The notes under the pieces are model-generated. The model made no database searches and was not told the origin of the DNA. It saw only the letters and a program-made list of their open reading frames with translations. From an uncultured Candidatus Saccharibacteria bacterium (GTDB lineage Bacteria; Patescibacteriota; Minisyncoccia; Portnoybacterales; UBA2143): a DNA stretch of 64,000 bases. This document shows positions 59,076-64,000 of this stretch, piece after piece. Positions within the stretch are counted from its first letter, which is position 1; every line of letters starts with the position of its first letter. The stretch covers positions 1,448 to 65,447 of the forward strand of contig CAZQLH010000001.1 in the NCBI GenBank assembly GCA_964594155.1. The letters run 5' to 3'. Both the position numbers and the translations under genes were made by a program.

Positions 59076-60569
59076 ATGAACGACGCAAAAAAGAAAAACT
59101 TAATTATTCTTTTAACCGAGATAACGGTTATTTTTTTGATGATTTTTAATGTTTTTCCGCGAGAAGCAGGGCTGTTTATAACTGGCTTGATGATTTTTTA
59201 TTTTATTTTCAGTCCTATAGAAGATTCTCTTTGGGTTTTTATTGCTTCTATTCCTTTGTTTGTAGCTTTGCCAATTGCGCAAAATTTTGACACTATGGCT
59301 AATTGGCGGATTTTATTAATTGTTTTATTCCTGGTTTTGTTTTTCAGACAAGGCATTTCAATTAAAAATTTAAAACATTATCAATGGGAATATTTAATAG
59401 GCATATTTTTATTAATTGCTGGTCTTTCTCTTTTTTCAGCTGTTAATGTCTGGATAGGCATAAAAAAGATTCTCTTTTTAATTAATATCTTTCTTCTCTA
59501 TGTTGTTATTAGAAATCTATCTGCTAAGAATAAAAAAGTTGTTCCTAAGATTATTAACGCAGTCAAAGTGGCTATTGGATTGGTTTTGGGCATTGGTTTT
59601 ATTCAATTTTTTTCTGTTTTTTTTGTTACGCTTTTTAATTTCTGGCTATTTTGGGCTAAAAATATTATTAGTGTTTTTTATGGTCAGTCCTTAAGCAATC
59701 TTTTATCATATAGCAATACTTGGTTTTCTTATTATGCTTCTCTGCCAGCTACTTTAAGAATGTTTTCTGTTTTTCCTGATTCTCATTCTTTTGCCTTTTT
59801 TTGCATTCTTTCTCTTCCTTTCTTTTTAACAATAATTTTCCTGCGTTCAGATAAAAACAAAATCAAGACAGTTATTTTTTACGCTCTTTTGATATCCTGC
59901 TTATTAGCTATTATTTTTTCTGGTTCCAGAGGAGCATGGGTAAGCGCTTTAGGTTCGTTATTAATATTTTTATCTATTTGTTCTTGGAACTGGAAAAAGC
60001 AAATGAGCCTTATAATAGGATGTCTGGTTATTTTCTTTCTTTTATTCCCAATTGCTTCAAGAATTCTTTTGTTTTCTCAGCAAATTCAACTTGACAGACC
60101 GCTTGATTTAGAAAATATTTCATTATTTGAAAGAGCAAGAAGCATTATTGATTTTGATGAAATTTCAGTTAAAAGCAGATTGGAGATTTGGAGAAGAACT
60201 GTTGATTCAATAATAATTCATCCTGTATTAGGAGTAGGAATAGGGAATTACCCAATAGTTCTTAATGAAAAAATGTCTTTAGCTAAAAAAGGATCTTCAG
60301 CTCATAGCTTATATTTAGATATTGCGGCAGAAATGGGTGTTTTTGCTTTAATTGTATTGTTAGTTGTTTTCTGGCAGATATTAAAAAGAAGCTGGCTTGT
60401 TTTTAAAGACAAAAATGATGTAAATAATAGGTTTTTGCAAGTTTGGTCTAGTTTTTTTATACTTGCTTTGGTCTGGATTTTAGGTTATAGTTTATTTGAT
60501 GTGGTCCTTTTTAATGATAAGGTGCTTTTATTTTTTATAATCAATCTTGGTTTATTATATACTGATTAA
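59076..60569 (+). CDS. O-antigen ligase-like membrane protein
   Basis: SGSRGAW, R..IW, GVGIGN, AHSLY. Confidence 0.85.
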   Translation: MNDAKKKNLIILLTEITVIFLMIFNVFPREAGLFITGLMIFYFIFSPIEDSLWVFIASIPLFVALPIAQNFDTMANWRILLIVLFLVLFFRQGISIKNLKHYQWEYLIGIFLLIAGLSLFSAVNVWIGIKKILFLINIFLLYVVIRNLSAKNKKVVPKIINAVKVAIGLVLGIGFIQFFSVFFVTLFNFWLFWAKNIISVFYGQSLSNLLSYSNTWFSYYASLPATLRMFSVFPDSHSFAFFCILSLPFFLTIIFLRSDKNKIKTVIFYALLISCLLAIIFSGSRGAWVSALGSLLIFLSICSWNWKKQMSLIIGCLVIFFLLFPIASRILLFSQQIQLDRPLDLENISLFERARSIIDFDEISVKSRLEIWRRTVDSIIIHPVLGVGIGNYPIVLNEKMSLAKKGSSAHSLYLDIAAEMGVFALIVLLVVFWQILKRSWLVFKDKNDVNNRFLQVWSSFFILALVWILGYSLFDVVLFNDKVLLFFIINLGLLYTD

Positions 60570-60570
60570 T

Positions 60571-61608
60571 ATGCCTAAAAATCATTCTTTAATTTCTATA
60601 AATCTTCTTACTTATAATGCTGAAAAATACATTGAAGATTGTTTAGGTTCAGTTTTTAACCAGACATATCCATATTTTAATATTTTAATTATTGACAACG
60701 CTTCAACAGACAAAACAGTGGATTACTTGAAAAGATTTAAGAATAAGTCAAATCTAAAAATAATTTATAACAAGAAGAATCTTGGATTTGCAGCTGGGCA
60801 TAACCAGGGAATAAGGGAAACCCAAGGAGAGTTTATTTTTTGCCTTAATCAAGACGTGGTTTTAGATAAAGATTTTATTAGAAAAGCAGTTAAAGTGTTA
60901 AAAAAAGACAGTCAAGTAGGAGCTGTCCAGGGAAAATTGCTGCGCTGGAACATAGGGGGGGCGGTTCTCAGCAAATCAATTAATTATGATATTTCTCATA
61001 TTATAGATACAACCGGCTTAGTTATTTTTAAAAACAGAAGGATTATTAACAGAGGACAAGGTGAAATTAATGAAAATCATTATAAAAAAATAGGTCAGGT
61101 TTTTGGGGCTGATGGAGCAGCTCCAATTTATCGGCGAAAAGCTTTGGAAGATGTTAAGATTCAAGATGAGTATTTTGATGAGGATTTTTTTTGTTACAAA
61201 GAAGATGTTGATTTAGCTTGGCGATTGCGGCTTAATAAATGGAAAACAATATACCAGCCAAAGTCAATTGCTTGGCATGATCGAACATCTGGAGAAAGCG
61301 CCGCCACAAATTATATTAACATTATAAAAGAAAGACAAAAGATTAGTCGATTTGGAAAATATTATGCTTTTAAAAACCAGAGGTTAATGCAAATCAAGAA
61401 TGAACAGATTTGGATTTTACTAAAGCATTTTCCTTGGTTTTTGCCCAAAGAAATAGTTTCTTGGCTTTATATCTTAATTTTTGAGAAATATACCTGGAGA
61501 GCTATCAAAGATTTATTCAAGCAAATGCCTAATGCTTGGGAAAAAAGAAAAATAATTATGAGTAATAAAAAAGCAAGAATTAGAGAAATGAATAAATGGT
61601 TTAAGTAA
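60571..61608 (+). CDS. Family 2 glycosyltransferase
   Basis: IDNAS.D, NLGFA.G.N, LNQD, EDVDL. Confidence 0.9.
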   Translation: MPKNHSLISINLLTYNAEKYIEDCLGSVFNQTYPYFNILIIDNASTDKTVDYLKRFKNKSNLKIIYNKKNLGFAAGHNQGIRETQGEFIFCLNQDVVLDKDFIRKAVKVLKKDSQVGAVQGKLLRWNIGGAVLSKSINYDISHIIDTTGLVIFKNRRIINRGQGEINENHYKKIGQVFGADGAAPIYRRKALEDVKIQDEYFDEDFFCYKEDVDLAWRLRLNKWKTIYQPKSIAWHDRTSGESAATNYINIIKERQKISRFGKYYAFKNQRLMQIKNEQIWILLKHFPWFLPKEIVSWLYILIFEKYTWRAIKDLFKQMPNAWEKRKIIMSNKKARIREMNKWFK

Positions 61609-61613
61609 AATAA

Positions 61614-62615
61614 ATGGGAAAAGGAACAAAAATTTGGCTTACTTTTTTCATCCTGCTATTGTTAGGATTATTTTCTCTTTTGTTTTTCAAAACCAGTTTT
61701 ACTATCAGCCAGGTAATTAGCTGGGCAAACACAATTCAAGTTTTACCTTTTAATTTGCCTGATTTACCAGAAAAAGATCCTAACAGAATTGACATTCTTT
61801 TGTTAGGGGGAAGGGGATTAGAAGAGTCAGGCGACGGCAAGTTGCTTTCTGACGCCATAATTCTAGCCAGTATTGATAAAAACACCGGCCAAACAGCCCT
61901 AATTTCATTGCCTCGTGATCTTTATACTCAAATCTGGTGTTCAAAAGAAAAGAAAAAGATTAATTTTGCTTATGCTTATGGCGGACTGGACTGCGCTAAA
62001 AAAACCGTTTCCTATATCACCAACCAATACATTGACTATGCTGTTAGTGTTAATTTTGAAGCTTTAAAGGAAATAATTGACGCCTTAGAAGGAATTACTG
62101 TTTATTTAGACCAGCCATTTGAAGAAGATTTTCAATGGGCAAAGGAAGGCTGGGAAGAAAACAAAAATTGGTTTATTAAAGATTTTGACGGGGAAGAAAG
62201 ATGGGTTTTTTATGTGCCAGAAGGGGAAAATCATTTAGACGGGCAAACAGCCCTTTATTATGTCCGTTCTCGCTATTCAACTGATGATTTTAACCGAATG
62301 GCCCGCCAACAGCAAGTTTTAATGGCAATTAAAGAAAAAGTTTTTTCTTTAGGCGTTTTAGTTAATCCAATTAAAATTTACAATCTTTTAGATGTACTGG
62401 GCAAGAATATTAGAACAGATATGAGTTTGGCTGATATTAAAGATATGATTAATCTAACTTCAAATTTAGACACAGAAAACATTAAAGCAAAAATATTTGA
62501 TATTTCTCCGGAAGGATTGCTTTATCATACTTTTATTAATGAAGAATATGTTCTTTTGCCAGTTGGGGATAATTTTGAACAAATTCAGGAGGCTTGTAAA
62601 AATATTTTTAATTAA
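61614..62615 (+). CDS. LCP (LytR-CpsA-Psr) family protein
   Basis: ILLLG, SD.I, SLPRD, KIN.AY, Y.RSR, D..R..RQ. Confidence 0.9.
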   Translation: MGKGTKIWLTFFILLLLGLFSLLFFKTSFTISQVISWANTIQVLPFNLPDLPEKDPNRIDILLLGGRGLEESGDGKLLSDAIILASIDKNTGQTALISLPRDLYTQIWCSKEKKKINFAYAYGGLDCAKKTVSYITNQYIDYAVSVNFEALKEIIDALEGITVYLDQPFEEDFQWAKEGWEENKNWFIKDFDGEERWVFYVPEGENHLDGQTALYYVRSRYSTDDFNRMARQQQVLMAIKEKVFSLGVLVNPIKIYNLLDVLGKNIRTDMSLADIKDMINLTSNLDTENIKAKIFDISPEGLLYHTFINEEYVLLPVGDNFEQIQEACKNIFN

Positions 62616-62622
62616 AACACAT

Positions 62623-63408
62623 ATGCTTTCTATTATTATTACTCATCATAGAACTCCAATTTTATTAAAACTTTGCCTTAAATCAATTGAAGATAATATT
62701 AAGAATATTAAACATGAAATATTTGTGGTTGACAGCCAGCCAGAAATAGAAGTTCAAAATTCAATTAAAAATGATTTCCCTCAAGTAAATTTTATCTCTT
62801 TTTCAAAAAACGCTGGTTATGCTAAAATTGTTAATAAGGGCATAAGAAAATCTAAAGGAGAATATATCTTAATTCTTAATGCTGACATTCTTATTCTAAA
62901 AGATTCAATTCAGCGAATGATTAAATTTATAAAAAATAATCCGCAAGTTGGCGTTGTTGGACCGCAATTATTAACTTTTAGCAATCAAGCGCAAAGTTCT
63001 TGTTTTAAATTTCCAACATTAGGAGCGTTTTTAGCCCGAAGAACATTTTTAGGAAAATTAAAATGGGGTAAGAAAAAAATAGATGATTTTTTAATGCAAG
63101 GAAAAGATTTTTCTTCTCCTAAAGAAGTTGACTGGGTGCAAGGATCAGCTATGCTGGTGCGAAAAAAAGCAATTGATGAAATAGGGTTAATGGATGAAAG
63201 ATTTTTTATGTATTTAGAAGATACTGACTGGTGCCGCCGCTTTTGGAAAAACAATTACAAGGTAATTTATTTGCCATTTGCTCAAATGTCGCATTATTAT
63301 TATCGGCATAGTAAAAAATGGGGCGGTTTTTTAGATATTTTGTTTAATAAGTACACTCGAATTCATTTAATGAGCGCTCTTAAATACTCTTGGAAATGGC
63401 GCAATTAA
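62623..63408 (+). CDS. Family 2 glycosyltransferase
   Basis: N.GYA...N.G, LNAD, WVQGS, FFMY.ED.DWC. Confidence 0.9.
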   Translation: MLSIIITHHRTPILLKLCLKSIEDNIKNIKHEIFVVDSQPEIEVQNSIKNDFPQVNFISFSKNAGYAKIVNKGIRKSKGEYILILNADILILKDSIQRMIKFIKNNPQVGVVGPQLLTFSNQAQSSCFKFPTLGAFLARRTFLGKLKWGKKKIDDFLMQGKDFSSPKEVDWVQGSAMLVRKKAIDEIGLMDERFFMYLEDTDWCRRFWKNNYKVIYLPFAQMSHYYYRHSKKWGGFLDILFNKYTRIHLMSALKYSWKWRN

Positions 63409-63410
63409 AA

Positions 63411-64000
63411 ATGAAAAAGAAAACAAGAAAATATATTCTTATTCCAATCTGGATTATTTTATTAGCTGCTATTTTTGGCTTTGGCTTTTTTGTCGGGCAA
63501 ACCAGCCAACCGTCTATTGAAAAGGTTGAAGGATTGGCCAATAAAGAGCTTGGCCAGCCAAATAATACTGATTTTAGCTTGTTTTGGGACGCTTGGCATT
63601 TAATAGAGAAAAAGTATGTTAATCGAAACGATTTAAATCGCCAAAAAATGGTCTATGGAGCTGTTTCTGGATTGCTTAAATCATTAGATGATCCTTATTC
63701 TGTCTTTATGGAACCAGAAGAAAGTAAGAAATTTATTGATGATATTAGCGGAAGCTTTGAAGGAATTGGGGCAGAAATAGGTATTCGTAAAGGAGTTTTA
63801 ACCATTATTTCTCCTTTAGAAGGCAATCCAGCCCAAAAAGCAGGGTTAAAGCCAGGCGATAAAATACTTAAAGTAGGCGATATTTTAACAGCTGATTTAT
63901 CTCTTGATGAAGCAGTTAATTTAATCAGAGGAGAAAAAGGAACTGAAGTAATCCTGCTTGTTTTTAGAGATGAATGGGAAGAAGCTAAGGAAATAAGCGT
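63411..64000 (+). CDS. ctpA: S41 carboxyl-terminal protease with PDZ, runs off the window edge
   Basis: Manual translation: FSLFW.AW, LDDPYS, GIGAEI, ISPL...PA.KAGL..GD, IRGEKGT. Confidence 0.85.
   Translation, partial: MKKKTRKYILIPIWIILLAAIFGFGFFVGQTSQPSIEKVEGLANKELGQPNNTDFSLFWDAWHLIEKKYVNRNDLNRQKMVYGAVSGLLKSLDDPYSVFMEPEESKKFIDDISGSFEGIGAEIGIRKGVLTIISPLEGNPAQKAGLKPGDKILKVGDILTADLSLDEAVNLIRGEKGTEVILLVFRDEWEEAKEIS

Overview
AT-rich bacterial chromosome segment using genetic code 11. Gene content (split transketolase, group 3b-type NiFe hydrogenase, cupin PGI, few Shine-Dalgarno sites on core genes) suggests a CPR/Patescibacteria (Parcubacteria-like) organism; this is inference. Layout: (1) 1-5.8 kb, a probable RiPP cluster with two radical SAM/SPASM enzymes, an ABC exporter, a TrmB-like regulator, a methyltransferase and an unannotated 53-aa Cys-rich precursor-like ORF; (2) 6-9.5 kb, a small membrane peptide, a methyltransferase and a 7TM histidine kinase; (3) 11-26 kb, hydrogenase, redox and pentose-phosphate/glycolysis genes punctuated by five copies of a structured intergenic element; (4) 28 kb, two promoter-driven non-coding units that each carry an anti-Shine-Dalgarno motif; (5) 34-43 kb, an accessory island bounded by inverted hairpin repeats (NYN remnant with a convergent sRNA, ASCH, U32, a caspase-fold trio, RadC, two Fic genes, a local duplication); (6) 43.6-64 kb, mostly housekeeping genes (engB, a second sigma-70, pyrFE, groESL, lemA-htpX, tRNA-Ser, higBA, dnaG, rpoD, envelope genes). 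Short palindromes are inserted in-frame in three proteins. All calls come from reading motifs by eye; no database searches were run. Where the ORF track start looked too long, the likelier start is given.
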